From: Candidatus Obscuribacterales bacterium
Lineage (GTDB): Bacteria > Cyanobacteriota > Vampirovibrionia > Obscuribacterales > Obscuribacteraceae
Assembly: GCA_965228855.1 (NCBI GenBank)
Contig: CBDDIJ010000002.1
Location: 608,001 to 672,000, forward strand
Length of the DNA stretch: 64,000 bases
Direction of reading: 5' to 3'
The translations under genes were made by a program, and so were the position numbers. Positions 39,319-49,709 of this stretch are shown here, piece by piece. How positions within the stretch are numbered: position 1 is the stretch's first letter; each line of letters begins with the position of its first letter. The notes beneath the pieces are model-generated. The model saw only the letters and a list, made by a program, of their open reading frames with translations. It searched no databases and had not been told where the DNA came from.

Positions 39319-39545
39319 GCATTTACAAACCAATGAAACCGCGTCGCGGTTCTTCGTTGTTTTGACGCGCCCAGTCAGGTCAACGGCAGGCGGTGGATGT
39401 GATTTTGTCGCACTAGGGAAACCGAGTGCCACAGTCCATCTGCCGCTTGCCGTCTCAAAAACCCGTCTACTACTCCATGTCCAATGCTCAATGCAACAGC
39501 GATGCCAGTTTCGAGGGCTCTTCCCAAAAGCTTGTTCGTGTTTGG

Positions 39546-40006
39546 CGGTCTGGCGTAGACGGAATTCCGAAAAACCGTCTATCCAGCAGCGACAAAAGCT
39601 TGGTTTTGATGAGTGCCTACCGGTAGGAAGTCCTTGCGATCCGGTCTACAAGAGCCTTTGGACGATTTGTAGTTATACCAAGACATATAGTAGTGTGCTT
39701 GACGGTCTGGCGTAGACGGAATTCCGAAAAACCGTCTATCCAGCAGCGACAAAAGCTTGGTTTTGATGAGTGCCTACCGGTAGGAAGTCCTTGCGATCCG
39801 GTCTACAAGAGCCTTTGGACGATTTGTAGTTATACCAAGACATATAGTAGTGTGCTTGACGGTCTGGCGTAGACGGAATTCGCTGAAACCGTCTATGCAG
39901 GAGCGACAAAAGCCTGGTTTTGATGAGGGCCTACCTGTAGGAAGTCCTTGCAAGCCCGTCTACGAGGGACTTTGGGGACTTTAAGGCATACCAAGGCATA
40001 TAGTAG
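39546..40006. repeat. 157-bp tandem repeat x3 (two identical, third diverged), each unit with the GTAGACGG...CCGTCTA hairpin and TATAGTAG
   Basis: Units start at 39546, 39703, 39860. Confidence 0.95.
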
Positions 40007-40026
40007 GCAGATTCTCCAGGGGGTGG

Positions 40027-40497
40027 CTAGCGCCACCACTCCCAACTGCCCTTGCGGTGCGGGCGTTTGAATCGAAGATCTCCTCGTCGCAGCTGGTTCA
40101 TTTCCAGGGAGATGGGGCGCGTTGCGGTTTTGCGTTGGCGCGATTGTGAGGAGTGATCCGAAGAAATTTCCGGTTTGGGCTTTGGAGTGCGACGTTTAGG
40201 TTTTTCAGGGGATGGCGCCGGTTCGCACGAGCAGGACGTTTCCACACAACAAGACTGCCCTTTCGCAGCCAGGCTCATACACTGCCATACGCACTTCGAA
40301 AACTGCCAGAGAAACTTCGCTATCGCCGAAACGACCGCAACAAGCGTCTTGTATAACAGCACACAGGCGTTCTGCACAAGCTCGATATACAATTTGACGA
40401 ACATGTCCGGCTTCGCATCACACATCAAACCGAGAATGAGCATGACGAAGATGGGCAGCAAAAGCGGCGATAGAACGTTCACAAGAAACCAATCCAT
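40027..40497 (-). CDS. Hypothetical membrane protein with Cys-rich middle and basic tail
   Basis: ATG 40497 with GAGG upstream; MDWFLVNVLSPLLLPIFVMLILGLM. Confidence 0.6.
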   Translation of the reverse strand: MDWFLVNVLSPLLLPIFVMLILGLMCDAKPDMFVKLYIELVQNACVLLYKTLVAVVSAIAKFLWQFSKCVWQCMSLAAKGQSCCVETSCSCEPAPSPEKPKRRTPKPKPEISSDHSSQSRQRKTATRPISLEMNQLRRGDLRFKRPHRKGSWEWWR

Positions 40498-40882
40498 AAT
40501 TGAAACCTCGCATGGGTTGTGCGACCGAAGTCGTCGAATTTGAGTTTGAAGTTGCCGCAGCAAGGGGTTAAACAGTGGATTTGGACGAAACAGTTCTCCT
40601 TGCAATCAGGTGAAGCGAGATGGTTTCACCGTAGAACTTGCGATCGGCTTGAGGCAACGCGTTCTCAGCCACTCCTTGTCTTAGATAAACAGTCGCGATT
40701 CCTGCTACAGCAGGCGGTTTTGATTTCAGAAAAGAAAATTACCCGGTCAACTATCATCCACACGTTTAATGCGTAAACGTGCTGTTTTGCGCAAATAGTA
40801 GTTGTTTTGCAAAGTTATCGCGAATTGAGAAAGCGCCGAACCAGTCTGCTATCTTTAATCAGTGCTCACTGGAGAACCTTCG

Positions 40883-41332
40883 ATGTCGCCCGGCGGAATT
40901 GTTCTGCGAATTTTGATCCTGGTGGTCGCATTCTGCGTGCTTATCGCCGTTCTTGCGTTTGCGTTGAAGGTCGTCTTCATGCTCGCCGCGATAATCGGCA
41001 TCGTACTTTGCGTAGGTGCATCGTTTCTGGTTTTTCGCCATTTGTTTCTCCCGGGAAGCAAGGCGAAGAACGAATCCGGATTGCGCGAAACCAGGCTCTG
41101 GAGCCAGGCTGGAGAAGTGCAACTATTCAAAGAAGAACCGAAGGTGCATCAATTGGTCGACAAATCCAGCGCCAACTTGCCGGCGAGACTCGTCACCGTT
41201 CCCTCGGATCAAGAAGTAACAGTGCTTCAGGAGAGCGATATCGCGATTCGGATCAAAATCAAGTCCGGTGAGTACAAGGGACGAATCGGCTGGGTAGACA
41301 AGGCGAATGTTACAGGCTACTCAGAAAAGTAG
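40883..41332 (+). CDS. Membrane-anchored protein with C-terminal bacterial SH3-like domain
   Basis: Two TM helices; VTVLQE....IRIKI.SG.Y.GRIGWV. Confidence 0.7.
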   Translation: MSPGGIVLRILILVVAFCVLIAVLAFALKVVFMLAAIIGIVLCVGASFLVFRHLFLPGSKAKNESGLRETRLWSQAGEVQLFKEEPKVHQLVDKSSANLPARLVTVPSDQEVTVLQESDIAIRIKIKSGEYKGRIGWVDKANVTGYSEK

Positions 41333-41873
41333 AACTCTTCCGCTCGATCATCCTCGCTAGCAGTCTTGCGAAATAGATGGCCCGCAAAACTATTCTGATA
41401 TTGCAGGTAAACAGATGTTGCGCGATCCGGTAGATGCTTACGGTGTGGGCAAACCCGGGCTCCGCCAACCCCTGTCAAGCACCCCCAATCTCAAAACTTC
41501 GCAACATTCAAGGGTAAGTAGAGAATTATTTTAAACTGCTCTTGGCAACTAGATCTCTATGAGTTCTTTCTGGCAAAGTAGAAGTGCCTTTCACATGAGC
41601 TTTTTCGAGGAGTCACAACTTAAGACCCGCCTGAACGCTAATATTCAGGAGATCTGCCCGCGCCACATGGTGGTGAGGTGAGAACTAGTGAAAGGGACGC
41701 CACCGCAGATGGTGGCTCGTGCCGTCGACTCGGCTGAACAAGAACCGTCGTTATCCGCTTCCAGTATCCGCCCTCGCTGATGTAGACGCTCACTCGGCGC
41801 CTGCAACAGTTCGGCTGTTCGACTCCTCGAACGGAAACAGATCGCGACCATTGCTAACCTCAGAGGTAGCACT

Positions 41874-43814
41874 ATGAACAAAATTCTGACAGCGCTCAGC
41901 GCTGGACTGTTTTTGCTTTGCGGCGTCTATCACGGCGCTTCCGCGCAGTCTCTGCCGGTTAAGAAGTTCGACATCGCTCCCATCACGAGCCAGTCGACTG
42001 CTCCTTCCGGCGTGATTTCACTTCCGACAGGGACCGAGGCTGAGCAAGCCATCTCTGTGCAACTGATCGCTGATACGACCGCAATCGAAGCCGGCAAGCC
42101 GTTTCGCATCGGCGCCGATTTCGCGCTGGCTCCCGGCTGGCACATCTACTACCAGAATCCCGGCGACACCGGCATGCCGACCAGCGTCGACATCAAGGTG
42201 CCCGCGGGCTACCAGGTGGTGAACATCGAGTGGGAGAAGCCGACGAAGTTCGAAGAGAACGGGTTCAAGACCTATGGCTACACGGACAAAACCGTCATCG
42301 CCATCACGGTTCTCCCGCCTGCCGACCTGAAACCGGGCGACACCGTCCAGTTCACCGCGGAGATTTCCTGGCTCGCCTGCAAGGACAGCTGCATCCCGGG
42401 CAACACCACGGGCAGTATCACGCTGCCGGTGGCTGCGAGCTCGACTGCGGCTCATCAAGACCGCTTCACAGCAGTCGGATTCACTGGCGACGTCGACTCG
42501 CTCGGCAGCGGCACCTCGGTGCTCGATCAAGATCTGAAACCGAACGGCGAGGGCAACGAACAGCACGGCTTTCTGACCGCACTGCTGTTCGCCTTCATCG
42601 GCGGTATCATTCTGAACGCGATGCCCTGCGTCTTGCCGGTGATCTCGCTCAAGATCATGCGCTTCGTTCAAGAAGCAGGCGAGAGTCGCGCGAAAATCGT
42701 TCGCCTCGGGCTCGCCTATGCAGCGGGAACGGTTTCGACCTGCGTGTCACTGGCTATTGCGGTCATCGCCGCCAAGGCTCTCGGCTACAGCGTCGGCTGG
42801 GGCTTCCAGTTCCAGGAACCGATGTTCCTCGTCGGCATGGCGACGCTCCTGACAGTCATGTCGCTCGGTTTGTTCGGCGTATTCTTCGTGCAGGTAAACA
42901 GCGGCAACCAGCTCGATAAGCTGGCCAATCGCAAGGGTCTTGCCGGCGCGTTCTTCACCGGAGTCGTGGCAACTATCCTCTCGACGCCTTGCACGGCGCC
43001 GTTCCTCGGAAGTGCAATCGGCTTCGCGTTTGCCGCTCCCTGGTACTCGATCATCGCGATCTTCTTCGCGGTCGGCGCCGGACTGGCTTTCCCGTACGTG
43101 CTTCTCTGCCTCAATCCCGCCTGGATGAAGATTCTTCCGAAGCCGGGCGTCTGGATGGAGCACTTCAAGGAAGCGATGGGCTTCGTGCTGCTCGGCAGCG
43201 TGATCTGGCTGCTGTACGTTCTCGGTCGCCAGACTGGTCCGGACGGCGTCGCCGGCACCGTTGGCTTCCTCCTGGCTGCGTCATTCGGCACCTGGCTCTA
43301 CAACAAGCTCTGCGGCTTCGACGCTTCCAGGCTCAAGAAGGTGACACTGGCTGTGGTGGCGCTCGCGATCGCCGGCAGCACAATGTATTTCCTGACCTGG
43401 CCGTCGGTAAAGGGAACAAACTGGTCGGCACTGGCCTCGGGACCCACAGTGGCGAACGGCGTGACCTGGGAAAAGTTTTCCAAGGAAGCCGTCGACAAAC
43501 ACCTCAAGGACGGCAAGGTCGTATTCCTCGACTTCACAGCCGAGTGGTGCCAGACCTGCAAGTTCAACGAGGCAACGGTGCTCGCCAGCGACACCGTAAC
43601 CGATGCGTTCAAGAACAAGGGCGTCGCGACCCTGAAAGCGGACTGGACGACCAGCGATCCCGAGATCACGCAACTGCTCGCCAAGTTCGGCCGGGCAGGC
43701 GTGCCACTGTATGTGGTGATGAGTCCGCACCGCCCAACCGCGCCAACGGTTTTGCCCACGCTCCTCACAAAGGAGATGGTGCTCGAAGCGCTCGAGAATG
43801 CTTCACGCCCGTAG
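41874..43814 (+). CDS. dsbD: Thiol:disulfide interchange protein DsbD-like (three domains)
   Basis: Signal peptide; GWHIYYQNPGDTG and CKDSC; ILNAMPCVLPV and STPCTAPFLG; DFTAEWCQTCK. Confidence 0.92.
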   Translation: MNKILTALSAGLFLLCGVYHGASAQSLPVKKFDIAPITSQSTAPSGVISLPTGTEAEQAISVQLIADTTAIEAGKPFRIGADFALAPGWHIYYQNPGDTGMPTSVDIKVPAGYQVVNIEWEKPTKFEENGFKTYGYTDKTVIAITVLPPADLKPGDTVQFTAEISWLACKDSCIPGNTTGSITLPVAASSTAAHQDRFTAVGFTGDVDSLGSGTSVLDQDLKPNGEGNEQHGFLTALLFAFIGGIILNAMPCVLPVISLKIMRFVQEAGESRAKIVRLGLAYAAGTVSTCVSLAIAVIAAKALGYSVGWGFQFQEPMFLVGMATLLTVMSLGLFGVFFVQVNSGNQLDKLANRKGLAGAFFTGVVATILSTPCTAPFLGSAIGFAFAAPWYSIIAIFFAVGAGLAFPYVLLCLNPAWMKILPKPGVWMEHFKEAMGFVLLGSVIWLLYVLGRQTGPDGVAGTVGFLLAASFGTWLYNKLCGFDASRLKKVTLAVVALAIAGSTMYFLTWPSVKGTNWSALASGPTVANGVTWEKFSKEAVDKHLKDGKVVFLDFTAEWCQTCKFNEATVLASDTVTDAFKNKGVATLKADWTTSDPEITQLLAKFGRAGVPLYVVMSPHRPTAPTVLPTLLTKEMVLEALENASRP

Positions 43815-43978
43815 TTACGGCGTGAACGCAACACACGAACTTAGTGCGAAATCGTGAAGGCAAAAGCCTCACGAGAACAACCGACAGAGCAGCGAACGTA
43901 AGCGTAGCAAACCTGGCAAGGTAACTTCGCCAGCTGCGCTTATCTCGCGCTCGTGTCATAACGATATGGTCAACAGCT

Positions 43979-44476
43979 ATGAAAAGCCTGAAAGTCCTCG
44001 CAACTCTGTGCGCATCGGCAGCCGTCGTGGTTGCCGTGATCGCGCTGTCGCCCGCAGTTTCCACCGCCCAGACCATCCAGGGTCAGGTGCAGGCAGTCGA
44101 AAAGGTCGAGATCAAAGAGCTCGACACCAACACCTTCGACACGGAACTGCAGAACTCCACAATCCCCGTGCTCGTCGACTTCACGGCGGCGTGGTGCGGT
44201 CCCTGCCAGCAGCTCAAGCCGAAGCTCGAAGCTCTGGCGCAGGAGTTCAAGGGCAAGGTGCTCTTCACGAAGGTGGAGCACACCCGCAACCCGAGCCTGG
44301 TCATGAAGAACGGCATTCGCGCCTTCCCGACGGTGAAGATCTACGCTCCCGGCGGCAAGGAGATGTCGATTTCGGTCGGCAACGTCTCCCTGAACGATCT
44401 GCGCAAGTGGATCCAGGAGCAGGTCGACGCGAACGACAAGGCGCAGTCGGCTCAGCCGCTGATTCAGAAGCCGTAA
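43979..44476 (+). CDS. Exported thioredoxin
   Basis: Signal peptide ending STA; VLVDFTAAWCGPC; IRAFPT. Confidence 0.9.
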   Translation: MKSLKVLATLCASAAVVVAVIALSPAVSTAQTIQGQVQAVEKVEIKELDTNTFDTELQNSTIPVLVDFTAAWCGPCQQLKPKLEALAQEFKGKVLFTKVEHTRNPSLVMKNGIRAFPTVKIYAPGGKEMSISVGNVSLNDLRKWIQEQVDANDKAQSAQPLIQKP

Positions 44477-44585
44477 GCGGCTTCCCTCGCGCTTAGACTC
44501 AAATCCTCGTTGGCTCGGTCGAGCAGTCTCGCCTACGGTGCGACGCTGACTCGACCAATCGCCAGGGATGGCTATGCCAGAGGTG

Positions 44586-44617
44586 TCGAAGGGTGTTCAC
44601 GGATGAACACCCTTCGA
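44586..44617 (+). terminator. Perfect 14-bp-stem hairpin downstream of dsbD-thioredoxin
   Basis: TCGAAGGGTGTTCA-CGGA-TGAACACCCTTCGA; CTACTATA follows at 44631. Confidence 0.65.
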
Positions 44618-44727
44618 TTCAACAGCCTGTCTACTATATGATTCCATAACCTTCGTTTGACTCCGATGCTGACTGGACGGGGATTCGCGGATGAACCACC
44701 AGTGTTAAACCTGTGCAGCGGGAAGCC

Positions 44728-44854
44728 GTGTCTATGATGTGATGACGGAATTCGCAAAAACTGTCGCTCCTAGACTGACAGGGCGAGAGCTAGACCCGGT
44801 CTGTCAATGAGTCAGCGACGGAATTCGCTGAAACCGTCGCTCCTGGATTGACAG
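44728..44854. repeat. Two tandem copies (73-bp period) of the ~54-bp palindrome family
   Basis: 44801-44854 CTGTCAATGAGTCAGCGACGGAATTCGCTGAAACCGTCGCTCCTGGATTGACAG aligns without gaps to 33484-33537. Confidence 0.88.
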
Positions 44855-45523
44855 AGGACCTGATTCGCAAACTGACATCGGAATCTGATTCGCAAACCGC
44901 GCTAGATGTGGACAGGCACCACCCTTGACAAATCACCACTCAACCGAACCCCCAGCACGAGGTTTCCAAGCAGCGCACACCACCAATAACCAATTCGAAA
45001 CTTTCGAGAACTAATAACTGTTTTCGTTTGTTGACAAGATGTCGCTCCGTTAGCGCAAACGCTACGCGCCCAGTGGTCAAGAGCTCCCGGGCATACAGTC
45101 TTTCTACAAAAGAGAAATGGAGTTTTAGCCGGATAGAGATGAGATCTCTCAACACTTTTTGCTAGATAGAAAGCCTTCACCTCCCATTCGTGATCAGGCA
45201 CACTCGTCAGCTTCGTTCTTTCATCTACGCACGGAAATTCAGTTCCAACTCGGTCTGCATTGACTGGAGTGGCGGCAACCATTTGCAGCAATTCGCACGG
45301 CGAGCGGCTCGAACGGTTTTGACGCAAAGTGAACTTGACTCTGTACGCGCTGGGGACGTCGAAGCACAGTCAACGAGTATGGGCTCTGCAAGGCACTCTT
45401 GCGAGTTTGAAGAAAGCACTACGCATACCTTGCACCGGAGGGTCGATTTTCAGATCTCTGGTCAGGACTTCCACCCTCTCCCCTTCATGCAAGAACCACA
45501 CTGTCCATATAGGGACATAGACC

Positions 45524-48220
45524 ATGAAAAAATTCCTCGAATTTTTCGTGAGCCTGTGGCAGAGCATGCTCTTCCGCAAGACTCTCATTAACTTCGGCTT
45601 CTTTTTCGCGGCGCTCGCTGCATTCTCTTTCCTCACCAGCAACCACATCATCACGCGTACTCCCGAGCGCGTCGTTCCCGCTGAATACGGCGTTCTCGCC
45701 GTTCAGAACAAGACGATGCCGGCCGTCGACCTCGAACAGTCGTTGAGGTCCGGCGCTCAGGACATCGAAGGGCTCGTGTTCTTCGACGGCATCAAGAGCG
45801 TTGTGGTGCTCGGAAAGGGTTTCGAAAAGGACCGAATTGTTCTTCAGGCGGACACCGATGAAATGCACAAACTGGCTCAGGCCAAGGGTGTGCAGATCGT
45901 CGAGAAACCATCCGCGCTCGAAGATGGCACCCTGCTTCCAGGCTGGTACCCCGTTGCAATCGTCGGCTTCATCGTCTGGTTCGCCTGGCTGATGTTCGCT
46001 CGACGCGAGAACAAGGAGGAGCCGAGCCGTTTCCGAGTGATCGTCGAGACCACTCCGCGCGTGATCGATGATATCGTCCACGCCACCAAGATGAAGAAGA
46101 CGAAGTTCTTCACCATCCTGTTCACCAGCCTCGTGCTGCTGAACGCCGGGCTCTTCTTCACGCGCATGTATCACGACAACAATCAGCTGGCATTGCCGCC
46201 GGAGATCTCGTCGGTGACGCGCGTGCAGCCCTGGCAGGCGACTCGACACCTCGACAGCCACGCCGGTGAGTTTCAGCGCGTCACCATTGTGACTGAACTG
46301 AACACCGCGTACGTCATAATCAACACTGCGACTCCGCCTGCCGGTATGAAGTCGGACGACCTCGCCGAAGGCAAGACCTTCCCGGTCGAGCGCACCGTCA
46401 TCTTCGCGCAGAACGCGCAGGGCAAGGCGGATTTCGACGCATTCGTCGCCAAGCTCACCGAGAAGAAGGTTGAAACCAAAACGGTTTCCGCAGTTCTGAA
46501 CACGAGCTACATCGACACCATCACGCCGATGGGCCGCAACATCATGCTCGGGCTCACGCTGCTTACGCTGGTCGTCGGCGTCGTGATGCTGCATGGCTGG
46601 CAGGAGTGGCAGCAGGCTGAAGGCGGTCCGAAGCCCTCGACGTCCAACCGCATGGCTGGTGCCGGCGGTCGTGCCTACGCTGTCAACGGCGAAGTCGAAG
46701 TGCGCGACGAAGATCGCAAAACGTTTGAAGACGTCGCAGGCTGCCAGGAAGCAATCGACGAGCTGCGCGTCGTCGAGAAGAAGATCCGCCGTCCGCGGCT
46801 CTACAAGGTCTTCGGCGCTCCGGTCCCGTCCGGTGTGCTGCTGTACGGTCCTCCGGGTACCGGTAAGACCCTGCTCGCCCGTGCGCTCGCAGGCGAGATC
46901 GGCGGACACTTCGAAGCCATGTCCGGCTCGCAGTTCGTCGAAATGTACGTCGGCGTCGGCGCCAAGCGCGTTCGCGAAGCTTATGCTCGCGCCCGCACTG
47001 CCGCGCGCCGCACTGGTCGCATCTCGATCGTCTTCATCGACGAAATCGATGCGATCGCCAAGAAGCGCGGCCAGGGCGAAAGCGGTGGCGACAAGGAATA
47101 CGAGCAGACGCTCAACGAGCTGCTCGTCCAGATGAACGGTTTCGGCAACCACGGTCTCGTTTTGACCATGGCTGCGACCAACCGCCTGGACATCCTCGAC
47201 GACGCCATCCTGCGTCCGGGCCGTTTCGACATCAAGGTCAAGGTGCCGAAGCCCGACAAGAAGGGTCGCGCTCAGATCTATGGCGTCTACCTGAAGAAGC
47301 TCAAGGTCGTCACCCCTGACGGCACGCCGGAAGAGAAGGCAGCGGCTCACGCCAAGCTGCTCGACGACCTGGCTCGCCGCTCGCACGACTTCTCCGGTGC
47401 CGAGATCGAAGGTGCCATCAAGAATGGTGCCACCATCGCCGTCGAACGTCAGTTCGGTAACGTTACCGAAGACATCACCGACGAGCAGATGGAAGAATAT
47501 CAGCAGATGGCCATCATCACGATGGACGACCTGAACCTCGGCGTCGACAAGATGGCATACGGCACTCAGATTCGCTCGCGCGTGCGCACCGACAAGGAGC
47601 GCTGGGCGACCGCGGTTCACGAGATCGGCCACGCCACCATCCCGACCGTTCTCGGCGGCGACCCGGTCAACCGTATCACGATCGTGATGACGGACAAGGC
47701 TCTGGGTCTGATGGACAGCTCGCCTGAAGAAGGTGAGCGTTACGACTGGACCGACAAGCAGTTCGAAGTCCGCCTGCAGATGATGCTCGCGGGTCGCGCT
47801 GCCGAAAAGATCCTGCTCGGCAAGATCTCCACCGGCGCCAGCAACGACTTCGAACGGACGAGCCAGCTCGCCCGTCAGATGGTCGGCGCCTACGGCATGT
47901 CGAAGGAATTCGGCGTGAAGTCGCTCCCGCTTGACCAGCATGGCTTCCCGATCTCCAAGGTTGGTGAGATTCTGCTCGACAAGTTCAACGTCGCCTGGGG
48001 CAAGATCGTCGACGACGCGGAAGCGGCGTGCGACAAGGTGATCGAAGCCCATCGCGTTCAGATCGAAGCCGCCGCCAAGGCCCTCTACGACGAGGAAACC
48101 CTGACCGGCGACGAGTTCCGTCGGATCTGGAAGGCTTCCGCTCCCAAGGCTGAAGCCGGAAGCGGCGACAACCAGGAGGGCGGCGACGGGCACACTGCGA
48201 CGAACGATAAGGGGAACTGA
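45524..48220 (+). CDS. ftsH: FtsH-family ATP-dependent zinc metalloprotease with extended 4-TM N-terminus
   Basis: [61 protein letters not shown]. Confidence 0.92.
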   Translation: MKKFLEFFVSLWQSMLFRKTLINFGFFFAALAAFSFLTSNHIITRTPERVVPAEYGVLAVQNKTMPAVDLEQSLRSGAQDIEGLVFFDGIKSVVVLGKGFEKDRIVLQADTDEMHKLAQAKGVQIVEKPSALEDGTLLPGWYPVAIVGFIVWFAWLMFARRENKEEPSRFRVIVETTPRVIDDIVHATKMKKTKFFTILFTSLVLLNAGLFFTRMYHDNNQLALPPEISSVTRVQPWQATRHLDSHAGEFQRVTIVTELNTAYVIINTATPPAGMKSDDLAEGKTFPVERTVIFAQNAQGKADFDAFVAKLTEKKVETKTVSAVLNTSYIDTITPMGRNIMLGLTLLTLVVGVVMLHGWQEWQQAEGGPKPSTSNRMAGAGGRAYAVNGEVEVRDEDRKTFEDVAGCQEAIDELRVVEKKIRRPRLYKVFGAPVPSGVLLYGPPGTGKTLLARALAGEIGGHFEAMSGSQFVEMYVGVGAKRVREAYARARTAARRTGRISIVFIDEIDAIAKKRGQGESGGDKEYEQTLNELLVQMNGFGNHGLVLTMAATNRLDILDDAILRPGRFDIKVKVPKPDKKGRAQIYGVYLKKLKVVTPDGTPEEKAAAHAKLLDDLARRSHDFSGAEIEGAIKNGATIAVERQFGNVTEDITDEQMEEYQQMAIITMDDLNLGVDKMAYGTQIRSRVRTDKERWATAVHEIGHATIPTVLGGDPVNRITIVMTDKALGLMDSSPEEGERYDWTDKQFEVRLQMMLAGRAAEKILLGKISTGASNDFERTSQLARQMVGAYGMSKEFGVKSLPLDQHGFPISKVGEILLDKFNVAWGKIVDDAEAACDKVIEAHRVQIEAAAKALYDEETLTGDEFRRIWKASAPKAEAGSGDNQEGGDGHTATNDKGN

Positions 48221-48222
48221 CT

Positions 48223-48606
48223 ATGCCGACCTTCCGAAAAATTCTGCAGCTCCAGCTGCCCAAGCCTGGTGAACCGCTCTGTAGCGGTCTGGAGTTCACG
48301 ACCGAGCGCGGTCAGCACCTCTACTTGAGTCACTACCACACGGTGGTGACGGTCAAGAACGTGCGGCCGCGCGGCTGGTTCGGCAGTGCCACGCTTGCGC
48401 TCGATTGCACCGTAACCATCAACGGACGTCAGTACGAAACGCAGCAGTTCGACATCGGACCGGACGACCTGGGCAAGACCCTGTTCTGCGCCGGCTTCCC
48501 GTGCCTGACGATTACCGGTCTGGATCCGGACCGCGGCGAAATCACAATCACGCAGTCGGAGATCGTGGAATCCTGCGATCCCGAGAGCTGCCCCTGGACC
48601 GACTAA
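48223..48606 (+). CDS. Hypothetical beta-rich protein coupled to ftsH
   Basis: ATG 2 nt after the ftsH stop; GC3-rich; 127 aa. Confidence 0.7.
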   Translation: MPTFRKILQLQLPKPGEPLCSGLEFTTERGQHLYLSHYHTVVTVKNVRPRGWFGSATLALDCTVTINGRQYETQQFDIGPDDLGKTLFCAGFPCLTITGLDPDRGEITITQSEIVESCDPESCPWTD

Positions 48607-48613
48607 CTTCAAC

Positions 48614-48653
48614 GCGCTGGCATCACCTAACCGTGGTGCCAGCGCTTTTTTTT
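48614..48653 (+). terminator. Intrinsic terminator
   Basis: GCGCTGGCATCAC...GTGGTGCCAGCGC plus T-run. Confidence 0.85.
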
Positions 48654-48746
48654 GAGCAGAACCTCTACTATCGAACGTACGAGCCCATCCGTTCAAACGA
48701 GTCCAGGCATGGCGCTTCCAAAGCACACCGTCAAACTGCAACGAGT

Positions 48747-48802
48747 TTTGTCTACGGTACGATGACGGATCTTGTGGATTCCGTCATCATACCGTAGACA
48801 AA
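48747..48802. repeat. Near-perfect 56-bp palindrome, member of the dispersed family
   Basis: TTTGTCTACGGTACGATGACGGA-TCTTGTGGAT-TCCGTCATCATACCGTAGACAAA. Confidence 0.88.
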
Positions 48803-48908
48803 TTCGGTTTTCTCAAACCAACGAGAACGTTCGTTTAGCTCGAAACCATTGCCCTGTCTCGAACTGAGCCACGAAGAAGCGTATTATCTCTTATAGTAGT
48901 AAATTTTG

Positions 48909-48959
48909 AAAAAAAAGACGCGTAGCTGTGCGGCGATGATGCACACACAGCTACGCGTC
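48909..48959 (-). terminator. Intrinsic terminator
   Basis: GACGCGTAGCTGTG...CACAGCTACGCGTC with an A-run on the + strand. Confidence 0.85.
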
Positions 48960-48966
48960 GAAGTTC

Positions 48967-49551
48967 TTACTTCAGCCAGGCTTCGTACTTGCCGTTGAGG
49001 CGTTGCAGGTACGAGCGCAGGTCGTTGCGATTGATCGCATAGACAGGAACACCGGACGACCCGCCGTGCATCGGCGAGCCGCCGGTGACAACGACGATGT
49101 CGTAGCAGTGACCGATGTCGCTCATGTGCCGAACGATGTGCGTGACCAGCTCATGCTCGTCGGCGGGAAGCGCATCCGGCTCGTCGAGCATCTTGTAGAG
49201 CGAGACGGACGTGATGCCGTCCTTGCCGGCCAGACGGTCGTAGTTGCGAGTCAGATACAGCACCACCTGCGGTGCCATTTCGATCTGACGACGCACGCTC
49301 GGCGCCACGATCTTCTGACCGTACCACCACGAGAACAGGCCGGTCGGCAGCGAGAAGAGCAGCGAGCCGAAGACCATCAGGCTCGACGGGGTCAGAACGA
49401 CGCCCAGTACGAAGCTGATGACGAGCGCCACGATGGAGGCGTTCTTGACGCCTTTCGGGCCAGTGTGCCGAGCGAACTCAGCGCACACAAAACCAATGAT
49501 CACAGCCTGGATAGCCGCGATCACCAAGAGAATGTTGGTATCGAGGATCAT
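48967..49551 (-). CDS. Hypothetical membrane protein (3 TM plus soluble C-terminal domain)
   Basis: ATG 49551 with GAGG upstream; GC3-rich. Confidence 0.7.
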   Translation of the reverse strand: MILDTNILLVIAAIQAVIIGFVCAEFARHTGPKGVKNASIVALVISFVLGVVLTPSSLMVFGSLLFSLPTGLFSWWYGQKIVAPSVRRQIEMAPQVVLYLTRNYDRLAGKDGITSVSLYKMLDEPDALPADEHELVTHIVRHMSDIGHCYDIVVVTGGSPMHGGSSGVPVYAINRNDLRSYLQRLNGKYEAWLK

Positions 49552-49709
49552 CTTTCTAATACCTCTTGAGGGTTTCGGGTTAGACTGACCCCGAAGAAGG
49601 CTACTGCAACTGTGCCGCGCAGCCTGTCTCCGGGTTCCAATCACTTTTCTTGACTGACGCTATTGACCCGAGTGTCGCGGTTGAAGTTTTCAAACCACGA
49701 CTCGCGTCT

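Noticed and set aside
39546..40006. Tandem arrays (also 33264, 36321, 56589, 62081) as CRISPR arrays
   Set aside because: Similarity runs across whole units, with no constant repeat plus unique spacer structure, and no cas genes are in the window.
41640..41870. Long GC-rich leader of dsbD as an ncRNA or riboswitch
   Set aside because: No recognisable family signature by eye.
45485..48193. 902-aa ORF antisense to ftsH (likewise 29319-31226, 49650-51104, 51466-52845, 57053-58033, 27202-28080)
   Set aside because: Shadow ORFs expected from GC3-rich coding on the opposite strand; no motifs of their own.
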